A stretch of DNA of 64,000 nucleotides from Adineta vaga (Eukaryota; Animalia; Rotifera), in assembly GCA_021613535.1 (NCBI GenBank), contig CP075492.1, positions 15,252,001 to 15,316,000 on the forward strand. The letters are read 5' to 3'. Numbering within the stretch: position 1 is the first letter of the stretch; each line of letters begins with the position of its first letter. The position numbers and the translations under genes are program-made. Positions 1-13,453 of the stretch are shown here, one piece after another. Below the pieces are notes generated by a model. The model saw only the letters and a list, made by a program, of their open reading frames with translations, did no database searches and was not told where the DNA came from.

Positions 1-543
1 AATAATTCTGATGAGTTGAAGAATTCAATTTGTTGTTGTATAAAAACGGGCGAAAAGTTGGTATTAAACTGCTTATTGATGATTTGACATATAACATAAT
101 ATTTATCATCCAATATAGACGAATTTTTGATTCGTTCATACAGCATCATTATCGTGTAGATTGGGGCTTGTTTTAATAGCTTCGTAAAAAAGAGATCATT
201 TTTCATTTCTAGAGATGTGTTATTCATCTCGTTTATATCTAAAAACAGTTTATGTGCTTTTAAATTTATAAAGCTCGGCTTGTAATAAAAAAAAGAAGGA
301 CTACACATGCTTAATATGCTTCAAATTTAATAGTTGTTTTTGTTTTATTGTCAAGACTTTTTTTAGGAATAAAATCAATAGATCGGAGAACATGATCACA
401 GAAAAATAGACTTGTATACGTAAAAAAAAACTTAATAAGGAAAAAAATAATGAAAGAAATAGATGAATAACAAACATCTTCTTCTTTTTTATAATCTTTT
501 CAAAAAACTATTCAGTTAAAGCAAATGTAATGTATCTAATTCA

Positions 544-3500
544 TCAGTTTCTTTTTCTTTTTGATCGAGATAAAACTTGATTGTTTTTTCGTTTTCCGCT
601 TCCTTTTGTTATACTTTCAAATGGTTCAATACCTACTAAATATAACGTAGTTGAACTACACATTTTTCAAGATTATATTACCTGTGACATTATCACCATA
701 TTCAAGTTCTTCCTGTTCTATTACTGTGCTTTGTATAGGACGAAATATCGAGCATTTGTCATATATAACATAAGGAAGATAATCTTCCGAATCCAGCAAA
801 ATTTCAGCTGTTTCATTCAATAATAATTGAGTTGTAGTATGAAATCCTATTGAAAAAGAATTAAATCTAAATTAACATTTAATTTATTGTCATTTCATAT
901 TCGTACCATTTTTTGTGAGATCAAAAAATGACTTAAATGTATCCCATGTGATTCCAAATCGACTTAAAGCAACAATAAAGCGAAAACGTGATTGTTCATC
1001 GTTCGCGCGTGGTACTTTTTTAAGAAAACCTTTCGTCATCTTCACTGATTTTGACAGTTTTCGAACGAAAAGTGTATTTTCATACAAGAGATGTTCATGA
1101 ATCATTAGTTCAACAGTACGTTGACGAACTGCGGCACTTTGGTGACGAGTAGCAAGACAAACATCTGTAGGAGATAAAATTATAGATGGATGCTGCAAAA
1201 TCGATTTTGCACAAGCTTGTACATCTTCAGAGTAAGTATCAGATGATGTTGTTATGTCTAATTTCAAACAATACTTATATATTTCTGTTGTTTTCTAATT
1301 GCTAGAATACCTGTTACTGATTCAATGTGATAAAGTGGTTGTATTAGTTGGCAATTCATATATTCATGATTTTGATCTAAACCTGCAGAACAAAATACAT
1401 TTATTCTTTGATTTAACAAGGCATAAAATTAATGCTCTATGTTTTTACTTTTCGGTTGTACATCAGGTGTTTTTTTGTTGCTTTCAAAAAATTGTGTTGT
1501 TTGGACTTGTTGCACGGGAGCCATATAGATGTTATCCGGAATCTCTAGAAATCAACGAAAGAAGAACATTGGTAAGCATCATGAACTAAATAAATTTATT
1601 TATGTAAGCTACCTCGATGATTATCAGAAGGAATATTTGAATTTTTATTACTATTTACTGCAATATTTATTTCAGAGGTACCTAAAATCAGTAAAACAAC
1701 TTTTAATGTTTTGGAAAATTATTAAAATGTAATATATTTACGTGTCAATACACCATCATTCCTGTTCAACAAATTATCCTCATCAACACCATTCTTATTC
1801 AACAAAGCATCAGTACCATCATCCATGTTAACTAAATCATCTCTTCTTTCAGAAGCATTGTTTGTTGCTACAACAGGAGGTATTTCGATCAATAAATTTT
1901 CATCAGTTGCATTAAAAACATTTCCACGATTTAATTCAAATACATCATGAGATGTTTCTTCAATATTAACATTTACTAAGATAAAAGATTTTGTTGAAAA
2001 CAAATCATATAAAGAAAAAATATTTTGCTGAACATATTTTAGTTCAACCTAGAAGTCAATACTTTCGATACTATCCTTGAGATGATTAGAAGTACAACAG
2101 CATTATATACATATGTCGTATCGAAGTTACTATTTTTATCGAAGTTAAATTTAATATATAAGAAAAGTTATCGAAGTTTAACTTCGATAAAAATAGTAAC
2201 TTCGATACGATATATACATACCTATTGATGTTAAGTTATATTTCATACAGTCATTCAAATGTTCAATTCTGCTAGTTAGTAATTGTTTTGCTTCTGGAAG
2301 AAGACTACATTTATTTGGTAAATTTGAACGTGTAAGTAAATTTATATAATCATTGACATTGATTTTGTATTCTTCTAAATATCTACAGTATTGTTCTTTT
2401 TGAAATAAATCATCAGGCAACGAGTTTTTCATATATGAATGAGTTTGTTGTGCTTTTGGACGAGAAATGAAGTTTCCGATTGTTAATAAGTTTTGATCTA
2501 CTAATTTTTGTAGGGTATTATTTAACACACCTCCGTCCACATGATGAAAAGGAGCATTGATCTTTTTACCGTTTTCATTGATTGTTGGTTGTTTTAAATC
2601 CGAACGAAAAAAAAATTGGTACGGTAACTGTAAAATTCTTTTTTCAAGTGATGGTGTATCCGCAACTAATGTACGAAATTGAGTAGATGGTATGCTAATT
2701 TGATTTATTGACTGATCCAAGTTAAATAAATTTAAAGTGTTTTTAAACAAATAATTGTCAAATAAATTTGCTGTAATTTGACATGTTTCTAATGACACAT
2801 AACATGTAAGATCACCATTTGTATTTTTATTAAAAACCAAATATTTTTCAATATAAGATTTTGCTTTTGTAATAAATGTTTGGTCAATAACTTGTACAAA
2901 ATGTAAATCTCCATTTTTTTTCATCTCGAATAAAATAAGCAGTGCGTCTAAAAAACGCTGCATATTCACACACAGTCTAGGAAATATTTCAGCACTTTTT
3001 GAATAAAATGATTGAAGATGTGGTTGTTGTCGTTCTTTAAACAATCGTTGACCTTCTGCAATATAATACTTTCCCTTTGTTACATAAAATCTTTGAGATT
3101 CGTCGTTACCAAGTGAGTCGACAAAGGTATATAAGATCTTACCGATTAAATGCACAATAACAAAGATTTGTTGTATTGATGGTAATAATGGATCTGACTT
3201 TTTGATAAGATCGTAAGATATAAGATTATTTTCAACAAAATGATATAAAAATCTATTATCACACCCATCTGATATTTTGTACGACGAATATCGAGCTAGA
3301 AGTAAATGAAAGGAACCACCAGTACATGCTCCTAATAATGATAAACGAGCATTTTCGATCGAAAACTCGTACATTCCAGTCGTCTTGGATGATTCTGAAA
3401 AACCATCGAATGCTTCACATAATAATGAACGATTTGAAACTGTTCCAGGTTGTCCTAAATTAAAAAATACCAATATATATTTACTAATTTCAAGTCAAGT

Positions 3501-4333
3501 TCTTCAAAGAGAGTTTTTTTCAAAATTTAACTTCGATTTCGAAATATTTTCTCTCTTTGACTAAGATACACAGTTTTATTTTAATTTCTTTTATTTTAGT
3601 TTAAATTCTAATTTCAAAAAAATATGATTATTCATATTAACACTGAGCGATCTTCACTACAATGTGGATTCAGAATTACGAATTGAATAAGTGAATGGCG
3701 AATAAAAGAAACTCCACAAACACAACGCACAATTTAAGCGCAATTACGTACATTTATATTTTTCTTGTTATTTATTAAGATCAAATATCAACGAGTCTTA
3801 GACCCAAGTCAATATTTTTATCTTATGAAGAACTATAAAAGTTGATATATGAAGAAAAAGACAAATCTATCTAATTGGTGCAAAAACAGGCCGCGTATTC
3901 CAATTTTGAATCACTTATAAAATTAATTTCACCAGTTTCTATTGAAATTGGTTTAATATTATTCTATATCAAGTAATGATAATCAAATGGTGAGTGACTA
4001 TACAAAATTACAACAAAAAAAGCATAAGACTGTTCTTCTATATCTATATAAAATACTTCATATCTCGTTGTTGATAACGAAAATCATTTGTTTTTTAAAA
4101 GAAAGAAGCAAAATTTTTACCACATTGATAAAAACCAAGTTTCGTTAAATTAGCATCTGCTTCATGCATAAGTAAGAATTTATTTCCAGTAGATAATTCT
4201 TTATGTAAACCAGCACCTGTTATATCATAAATAATTGATTTTTTCCCATCTTCAAGATAAAATTCAGGAAAAAGATTTTCACAAATTTTGTAGCATGACT
4301 GAACAATATTAATAAGACCACTTTTATCCGAAC
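544..4333 (-). CDS. Multi-exon DUF3987/YfjI-like P-loop ATPase with two similar C-terminal helical modules; 5' end unresolved
   Basis: Exon 4333-4121 reads (G)SDKSGLIN...YDITGAGLHKEL...FLLMHEAD (Walker A tail, DxT motif, Walker B-like). It splices in phase to exon 3454-2222 (LLCEAFDG...KTTG...ARLSLLGACTG...SDGCDNRFLY), which resembles the DUF3987 pattern. Further small GT-AG exons pass through ORFs 1722-2003 and 890-1267 and end ...SRSKRKRN* at 544. Confidence 0.55.
2116..2210. repeat. 34-bp perfect inverted repeat with a 27-nt spacer, inside an intron
   Basis: 2116-2149 TCGTATCGAAGTTACTATTTTTATCGAAGTTAAA is the exact reverse complement of 2177-2210. Confidence 0.9.
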
Positions 4334-6125
4334 CTACACATAAACCAATTACAGAGTCAACTTTTCTTATTCAATTTTATTAATATATTTTATTTGTATA
4401 AAAACAATTAAATCAATATTGTTTTATACTAAATAAATCCTACTACTACAGATATGCCTATTATCATTATTTCAATAGTTAAGTAGTTATCACCTAGATG
4501 TCGACAGTTTCTTATGATGCTATTAATAATGTACTGTCAGAGAGTAAAATGTTCTTCTTTCGTGCATTTTTTAGCCAATACACTTCCACAACATCTATAC
4601 TTTGCACTACAACTAAATCAGAAATCAAATTCTTTCAATATAGTATGTACCACAAGTGAAAAATAGACATTAATGTAAATTTCTATCAGCAATATTTGCC
4701 GTTTTCATTAAGCATTAATTCAGAAAGAAGTCTGTTTCAAAGAAATGAACGCGAACATGCATGCCTACTCTTGTCTATCTAAATCCTACGTTTACAATAT
4801 CTATTTAATATTTTACTCATATTATTGAGCTCGTATTAATACACCTCATTACTAATCAATGTCAGTAAAGATAGACAAGCTAGAGTTTGAAATTTACAAT
4901 AAACCGAATCCATAACATGGGTATTCTGTCTATTTCTATTATTGTTATTATTTTATGCGATTAAAAAAATATTGATAAAAAATATCAACGAGTTAACTAC
5001 AGATCACAATAGGATATAACTATTATTAAAATATGTATTATAAAAAACACTTGTTATACAAAGAAAGATTAGGTCGCCAAACAAAAAAGAAAACCAGTCG
5101 TTTTATAAAGTGGAAACTTACTTCGTAGATAGAGTTTTTTCTGATAACGAAAAAATACAAGAAAATATGTGCTCATACAAATATAAACAGGACAGATTTA
5201 ACACTTACGTTTCATCCGTCAATGACGACGTTTTATTTTTTGAAACGGATTTGGCTGTCGGTTGCTTACTGCTGTCTAATATAATATGAAAGACAATTCA
5301 CAAAATTCGACATAGATCAAATTAGTTGAACAGTATAAAAATCATGAACATGCAGAAGTCAGCGATACATAAACAACTGGCAGAATAAAATTAAAGCATG
5401 AAAATATAATTGAACACTTCATGCCATGTTTTCTACAGCGAACTCAATGCAAAAAAATATAGAGGACTGTACAAGCATATGTTTTAGCCTAAAAACTTAG
5501 GTTTAAAAGGAATGTCCCTCTTAAGAGCATTTCATTTTATTTTAAATTAAGTTCGAATTTTATAGTGTGTGAATTATCAAAAAAAGTCTTTTGTAGCGAA
5601 AGTGCATTTCTGAGGTCAGATTTAGTACTTAAAATATCAGACTTTTAGGGTCTAACAGTATACTACTATTTGATTCTATCTATTATTGGACATATGAAAC
5701 AACGAAAATAAATAAACGGTATATATTAAGGTTTCAGTGGAATTTTTGAGTAAATACTAGTTTGCTATCTTACAAGACTTATGGCCGCAAAAATACTTTT
5801 ATTTGATTCATCAACCTGCGATTAATTAGTACAGGTATAACCAGCAATTGAGAGTAATGATAAAAGATTTAACCATGTAAATTCGGACTTCTAACGTGCC
5901 CGTAGCGTCATTTAACAGTAAAACTTCGGATGGATGGCAAGAGAGCGTAGATGATCGATGGGGAGGGGACGGCGTGTCTGAGTCCCCATCCTACACAGTT
6001 ACTGCACTGTCATTCACCCGTCTAATAGGTGTATACGAATCTAACAAACAGCTAATTACCATCGTATATATAATATCATTTCCGTATCAAAACGAATTTT
6101 CGGTATATGTTCACCCAGCCTAATA

Positions 6126-6335
6126 CAACCCAACCCAACCCAACCCAACCCGACCCAACCCGACCCAACCCAACCCGACCCGACCCAACCCAACCCAACC
6201 CAACCCGACCCAACACAACCCAACCCAACCCAACCCAACCCAACCCAACCCGACCCAACCCAACCCAACCCAACCCAACCCAACCCAACCCAACCCAACC
6301 CGACCCAACCCAACCCAACCCGACCCAACCCAACC
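6126..6335. repeat. Pentamer tandem repeat (CAACC/CGACC)x42, which is (GGTTG/GGTCG)n on the minus strand
   Basis: Read directly: 210 bp with one CAACA variant, followed by a (TA)n tract at ~6377-6398. Confidence 0.97.
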
Positions 6336-6554
6336 CGAACGATGTTAAGCTAACCGACGGTCTCGATATTTTGTCCATATATATATATATATATATATGT
6401 ATATGTTAAATATAGATGACATATAACATTCATTATTAATAATGAGCTAAATAGATTTCCAAGACACTTTCACCGATGATATTGGATCTGAATTTCCTGG
6501 GAATTTATTTTATATTTTTTTTGAATTTCCGGGGAATTGGAATTTACCATGCTC

Positions 6555-9500
6555 TCAACGTTTACTTGTTGCGCGAGTGTATTTGGTTGGATAGCTAACA
6601 GCTTGTGTCCGATCCATAGCCACACATACATTTAGCCATTCACAACTTGTTGGCCACCATTTAAGTAAAAATTCAATAAGAGAACAGCCAATATTGGTTT
6701 GTTTGGGGTTTAAGATTATGATTATTTTGCACATGAGTACTATCATAGTTAATAAGCCGGTAATGGATGAGACAAACAAGTGAAATCCACATCCAGATTC
6801 GCGTGTCTTCTTCTGAGTAAATGTACCAGTAGCCAACGTATTGAAAATAAAACCAAAGGCAATCAATATGCAAAGAACTAGAACAGTTATTCTAATCGTT
6901 GTACTCTGTTGAAAAATATTCTTTGCGTCCAATCGAATATGTGAACCAATAATCGCATCGAGTGATAAACTATAACCAGCTCTTGAAAATTGACAAACTG
7001 ATCCATAACTACATGGTTCACAAATACATACTGCAACAGTTGGACATGTTTCATCATTTTGTACACACATACCACGATCATGACATTTATTCCATAAACA
7101 TCCACGAGGTGTTGTCTCAAAATTAAAACAAATAGCATGATTGCGTTCATCGCATAAGCACATGAGTTTATCATCGTAGAAACATTTTGATTGTTGATTG
7201 AGACATGGACGTTGATAATTCTTTACTCGACGTAGAGGTAACTGAGCAAGTATAGTTTGATCGAATAGTTCGTGGATTGAATGGCATCGATGAGAAGACC
7301 GAATTTCGGTACTGATTTCAAGTAAAGGTGGTATTACAGTATTTTTACGCAACAGCAAAAGATAATAATCAAATTGATATTGATGTTCATACAGTTGAAT
7401 GAAAACAAGTTCGAATACTGTTGATCTGTGATCCAAAAAGAAAGTAAAATTCAATTTGTCTCGATGAAATCGATGAAAGTATGTGAAAGGACGAGGTTCA
7501 ATTACCATACCCATTTCCATAATATGAATAAAAGCGATATTTGATGATGGAATACTGATATCTCGAGAGAATGAAACATAAATCCGTGGTTTCACTTTTT
7601 CACATTGTTCACCGAACCATTCCTCATCACATAAGCACAATGAATTGCCTTACTGGATCATGACGTATATCAAGTGGTATACAGTTTCCATGTAAACTAC
7701 AATTATTTTTCGTACATGGATCGAAAGCAATGAGACATCGACGGCCAGTATGATTTAAAGGACATACACAAATTTCTCGACCAAGATCAATATCATATCC
7801 AAGACATAGAGAATTACTCGAACAAGTCGTACAGTTAGGATAAATTATTATTGTTGTTAACATTGATTCAGTAATCATACTCGATATGTTTGTCACAAGA
7901 AGTTCTTTTGCTATACGACGAACAGGTAAGAATTCAAATGAGAGAGGAAAATGCCAAGAAACAAAATGTTTTAGTGTTGTTAGAATGAATGCATGAATAT
8001 ATAGAGTATGATTAACAAATGATAACAATGAATCATCAATTGGATAGAGTAATTCTATCATATATTGTGGCAAACAATGTTTTTGTGGTGTATAAATAAA
8101 TTGTTCATGAGATATAATAGACGATGTAGTATTATGTCGCACTAGTAAAACGACAAATTTGAATATTGGAATTCGATTATCAGCGAAGTTTCCTATGCGA
8201 AGGTAAAGTATAAGAGATATTCGTTTTCGTTGAAACTGGCAGCGATCACCATAATAATAATTTGGACAGAGACAAAAAAAGCCAGGTGGATGAATGGTTG
8301 AACGAACATACATACCAGAATTACACTGCCATAAGACGATATTGGTCAATGTTGCTGATTGTTGTTCTGAGTCTCGATATTTGAGCACATCGTTAACTTT
8401 TTGGCTTGGATACTGAGGAAATATATGTGGACCAAATAATGGTGTACGTCCATTATTGGTGACTTCACAGAAGAGAAGATCTTCACCTTCTAAGCACATA
8501 GCAGTAGCGTGACACTGATCTATATTAATAAAAGTATCAATCATTTGATTAAAAAGGATGTTTAATTTGCTAAAGGATGTATTTTGATCAACATGATTTA
8601 AGAAAATTAACAATCTATGATGACGTATCTCATTCCTCGGATACTATGTTATCCTACTGCTCCTATACATGTATTTCTCTTACTGTTCATATCAAATAGA
8701 TGGTTATATGAAAATTTCTGAACGAGAACTTGACACAAACTTTGATGCTTTTCCTCCTAGAGAAATTTAGACATGATAAACCACTTACTACTATTTATAT
8801 ATCGACCATCTCGGCACGAAATTTTCCAGAATCACACAAAGTCTGTCGATCATTATTGAGCCAGATACATGCAATTGTTTCATCATCGTTGTTCGGACAA
8901 TCTTGACGGCAATTACATATTTGTTGGCGTTGAATACAAATATCTGAATTCTGACATCGAAACCAACGAGTATGCTTGTCTGGATATTTCATTCGACAAA
9001 ATTCTTGTTCATCAATGGCACCGATACAATCGATGATCCCATCAGCAGCTCGTGTTTTTGGCAAACATCTTGGAAGACCTGTACGAACATCCAAGCAAAA
9101 ATGCTTCGAATTATTACAGTGAAGAGCACTGAGAGTAGTAAATGTACAGCTGTTTAGTTCATCACTTCCATCTGAACAATTCCATATCAAATTGCAATCG
9201 GTATAAAACGTAGAACAAGGCCATCCGCTTTCGATACAGTGTGATTCATCTGTATCGTTTGACATATGAGAAATTCGTTCAACAACGCCATTGCAAAACT
9301 CAGAAAAAGTTAGGTTAAAACGAGCTGACTTTCCTCGATGAATAAGACATTGGTCGCTTGAAGAGTCTAAACATGCGTGCAGGTGTCCAATATTTTCATC
9401 AGTCTTGTCAAAGCACTGAGACTAAAAATAGGTTACGTGCGCGTGTTTAGAATTTTTCAAATTTACTTACAATGCTATCCAACAGAAGTGATCTAGGTAG

Positions 9501-10950
9501 ACATCGTGTTTCATTATCACATTTGAATCGATAAGGAAGATTGAATGAACATGTATTAGGATGACGTTCATCTTCTTCATTCGCACAATCACTAGTACCA
9601 TCCAATAGTCGATGATAGGATAAACATTTACTTTGATCATCACATTGAAACAATGAACATTGATTTGTTTGACTATCTTGTGGTAGCAGTGAGCATGAGC
9701 GTATGAAACGTTTGGCGTCTTTTAGCATATCATCGAACTTAACATATGTTTCACTAGTAAATGTATTGAATAATCGGCATGTTAAATTATTATGTGTTTG
9801 AGTCATTGCCATTTTGTTCTCAATGACAAGATATGGACATAATGTCTGATTAAAACAGATTGCTTCTGGTTTAGTATCATTATAAATCAAATGTATATGT
9901 GAATATAATATGAGTGTTGATGGTGGCATTTGGTTAAAATAGAGACGATCTCGTTGAGTTATACATCGATCATCATGTTGAACATTCGGTCCATCATAAC
10001 AATGACCATCGCCACACGAAAACAATAATGAAGCGCATGCATCATTTTCACAGCCCATCAAATAATCGAATAATTTACAATATTTAATTGGCCACGTGAT
10101 CTCATCAGATGCATCCATACAGTCAGATTTAAAGTTTCCATAGAGTTCATTATCGATACATTGTGCATTGAAACAACGATATTCAGTTTTTGGATCACAT
10201 TCATTCATTTCAAGTTCATGACAATAATACTCATCGAATCCATTACTACAGTCGATTTTACCTGAAGTCAAAAAAAGAACGAATTAGTTTTTACTGAGAA
10301 TATGAGTGAAAATTAAAGAATTAAATGTAAGCTATACTCCTATAATACGATAATTGATTTCTATATACTCGTACTGGTGTAGTTTTCTCGTAATTTGTGG
10401 AATTCGGGTAGATCTCAGAATATATTTACTAACCGTCACATATTTCACGCCAGTCCAAACAAATGACAGATTTACATTCTTCATAGTGCATGATATAACA
10501 AGTACCATTTGTGATAGATAAGACATCGTTAGTCGGGTGTTCTTTCTTCGTTTGTCGTTCTTTGACAATATTTGTAAAGGATGCATTTGAGTCGAACGTA
10601 TATTCACATTGTGTTCCGAACCAAAGATTAGAACAAATGAAAACGAAGCCTGTTTCTTTGTTTGATACATATTCTTCAATGGTATCCAATGGTACATACC
10701 AGTCAAGTAATTGATGACTTGAAATATTCATTTCACGCAATTGATTGAATGTTAAATGTCGACCATTAGCGGTAGTTTTATTATCATTAAGTAACCGACC
10801 AATAGTTTTTTCTGTCAATCGACGACAATATCGCACTATCTCAAAGGTTACTTTAAGATCGACATTCGTAGCAGCTGGGAATTCATTATTGCTAGTAATC
10901 ACAAGATGTAAACAATCGAATGCGCTATTATAACCATTTGTGTCGTACAT
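6555..10950 (-). pseudogene. LDLa-repeat + EGF + class A GPCR (GRL101-like architecture), frameshifted and truncated after TM3
   Basis: LDLa motifs (CDGKIDCSNGFDE, CANEEDE, CPNNDDE, CSDGSDE), EGF motifs (CLCPNYYYGDRC, CVCPLNHTGRRC, CEPCSYGSVC) and TM1-TM3 ending VAMDRTQAVSYPTKYTRATSKR*. Frameshifts at ~8815 and ~7635; TM4-TM7 are absent. Confidence 0.8.
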
Positions 10951-11260
10951 TAAACGAGAAGTAGTACATTTGTTGCATAGAACTGATATGAAAAACAGCT
11001 CTAAATTGTTGCCTGACGTTCAACCACATTTGATTGATCTAGATAAATTAATCCAGTGATTTTTTTGTCACAAATAAACTGAAGTAATTAAGCGGGAGAA
11101 ACTCTGCATCATATCATCCTTCTATCTATAGAGGTAGAAAAGGTAGAAAAATTATTGAACTTATAAAATAACTGAAAATCAAGAATATTCTGCTTCTACA
11201 CTATTAGGAGATCTCAAGAGATGTTCATCACACTACCAAAGAACTACGTCGTCATTCCAT

Positions 11261-11570
11261 ACAGATTTTCTCTTTATATCTCGAGCAGTAGGTTTTTTAG
11301 TTTTAAGTCTCTGTCAAAAAGGAATATTCTACGGATATCCTTTTAGTAGTAAAAACGTTTTGTTATTATCGCCTTTCATTCGTATTTATTGAACATTTGG
11401 CAAACCTTGGGGGTCCATCTGTATGTAAAATTATACTTTTAATTTAGTTCTTTCTCTCTTATTCAACCAGTAAGATATGATTGTTAAAACGGAAAACATA
11501 GAAAACGTTTTTTGTTGTTGATATAAAGACATGCTATGATGCATTCATAATATTTTATAATCTCTTTTTC
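11261..11570 (+). repeat. Dispersed repeat, copy A (copy B at 55280-55570)
   Basis: Shared blocks such as GTATTTAT(T/C)GAACATTTGG(C/A)AAACCTTGG...CATCTGTATGTAAAA(T/C)TATACTTT(T/G)AATTTAGTTCTTTCT, in the same orientation. Confidence 0.8.
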
Positions 11571-12504
11571 ACTTTAAATTATCAAAATTTGAATCAATTT
11601 TTGATCATTAATATAAAAGAAGAAAATACAGATTTGGATGAGGACGACAGTGAAGATAGCTGTGAAAAAAATTGTGTAATAAACATCCGTTTTCTCAGCT
11701 TTGTCTCCTTATATCGCAGGAATAAGCAACTCAATTCTTAAGCTGATATCGATTGAATTGAACTGAATCCAAAAAAATGTTCTATTTATTAATCAACTAC
11801 TCAAAAAGTCTATTAAGCAATTTCCATACGTCATAACTTCATTCTTCAGCTCAAAACAACTCTATACAGTTTATGAGCTAAGTTGAATTGGATTGTCCAG
11901 CTCTAACACCCACACTCAAATCTTCATCGTCTATCTCATCCTGTGATTCTTCAAAGTTCCCTCCATTTTCACAATCATAAGTACAATTGGAAAATAACTA
12001 ATCTTTTGTAAAAAAAAAGCCGAGAATATCATACTATATATTTTACTCTATTACGGATTTTACAATAAATGCATTTGATCATTAAAAAATGGAATAGAAA
12101 ATCGTATATCCTAAAGCCATTCATACTGACGTTAATATACCATCAATAGCCGTTATTAGAATCATGTGCAGTTTATGCCAAAATTATAGATCCCCCGTAT
12201 ACACTAGTAACGCTCATCCTCTGGATTCGCTGACCCTTTTCTGAAAGAATGATAACAGTGCTCAGTAACACCCACAAGCTGTACCTGGACTTGACAAGAT
12301 CCCGGTCCAAGCAAACTTTATACATAAAACCTTTTTAAAAGTGTTTTTCATATTTTCACCATTTCAAAGTATCATTAAATCATTTATTGAAAGAGAAGAG
12401 CAAAAATAAGTGCTGTTTGTAAATGTTCATGCATCTGATCGCTTGATACTTCTAAAAAAAACGTTACCCATGTTTATTTTCCTTCTATAAGGCTCATAAA
12501 TAAA

Positions 12505-12886
12505 CGTCTAATCGTTCGTCGGCCTCCCTCCGGTCGGCCACTCGCGACTAGTCGCTAGCACGCATGACCCTTTTTCTATTTTTCTTTTAATCATATGAGA
12601 GTAATGTGAGAGATTCGTTCAACATAGTAGATCATTTCATAACCGAAGACTTGCGAAATTTGCATGATCGCGTCGTATCCAGTATAGGTTTCATCCTGCT
12701 TTTCATTTTCAGGAAACAGAACTTTGTCCGATTCGTTCTGGTAGATCATCAATTAAGTGCCTGCGAAGACACGTCCGAAGCACGTGAAAGTCACTCCATC
12801 CTTATTCTGAAGAATCATTCTCTAAATTCACGTCTAGTCGTTCCACGGCCTCCCTCCGGTCGGCCACTTACGGCCAGCTGTTAACA
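12505..12886 (+). repeat. Two copies (12505-12560, 12831-12886) of a GC-rich hairpin motif; third copy at 25650-25706; probable non-autonomous TE end
   Basis: CGTCTA(A/G)TCGTT....GGCCTCCCTCCGGTCGGCCAC is repeated. Confidence 0.8.
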
Positions 12887-13453
12887 TGAACCCCTTCATT
12901 GTCTCGTCCACTTTCGATTCATTTCCAAAACGAATAAGTGAATTTCCGTTGGTCTTTTCAAAAGGCACTGATTTTGTATGACTATAGAAGATTCCAATTC
13001 CCCGATCTCGATTACTCTTCTGTCGAATTTTATACGAAATATAAGAATTCATCATTTGTTAACTAGATAATTAACTAATAAGTAATCAAGTGAAACCGAC
13101 GTCGGGTTCGAGTTTCCCATCCACAAAAACCCTTCGGTCAACCCTTATATGACAATATAATAACAATTTACTGAATGCTGAATTCTGATTGGATGGACCG
13201 GACAGACAGACAAACTTTTTGCATTTCAAGCCGCTGATTTTAACGCTGTATAACCCTTTCTTACGGAAAAGGGAATAAATCTTTAGTTTATTTTAGGAAC
13301 AAAAGACAATGATCAGTCTACGATACCGCAATGTGTGAGTATACAAGTACTATCTGCCAACCTAGCATCACATTTCCGTTCGCTGATAGAAGAAGAAAAA
13401 TCAATACAAGTTTGTGAAAATTAGCTGTTCCATAATTATAGACCTCTATACAA

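Noticed and set aside
8-30. CTGATGAG hammerhead core (also CTGAAGA at ~40797)
   Set aside because: No stem II closing onto a GAAA and no matching stems I/III.
6056-6409. Four ORFs with GLGWV / PNPTQ repeats
   Set aside because: They are translations of the stop-free pentamer tandem repeat.
12505-12886. Repeated GC motif as a CRISPR or REP array
   Set aside because: Only three copies with irregular spacing, no spacer periodicity, no cas genes and a eukaryotic context.
13095-13150. tRNA gene suggested by GGTTCGAGT
   Set aside because: No acceptor stem, D-arm or anticodon arm could be folded.
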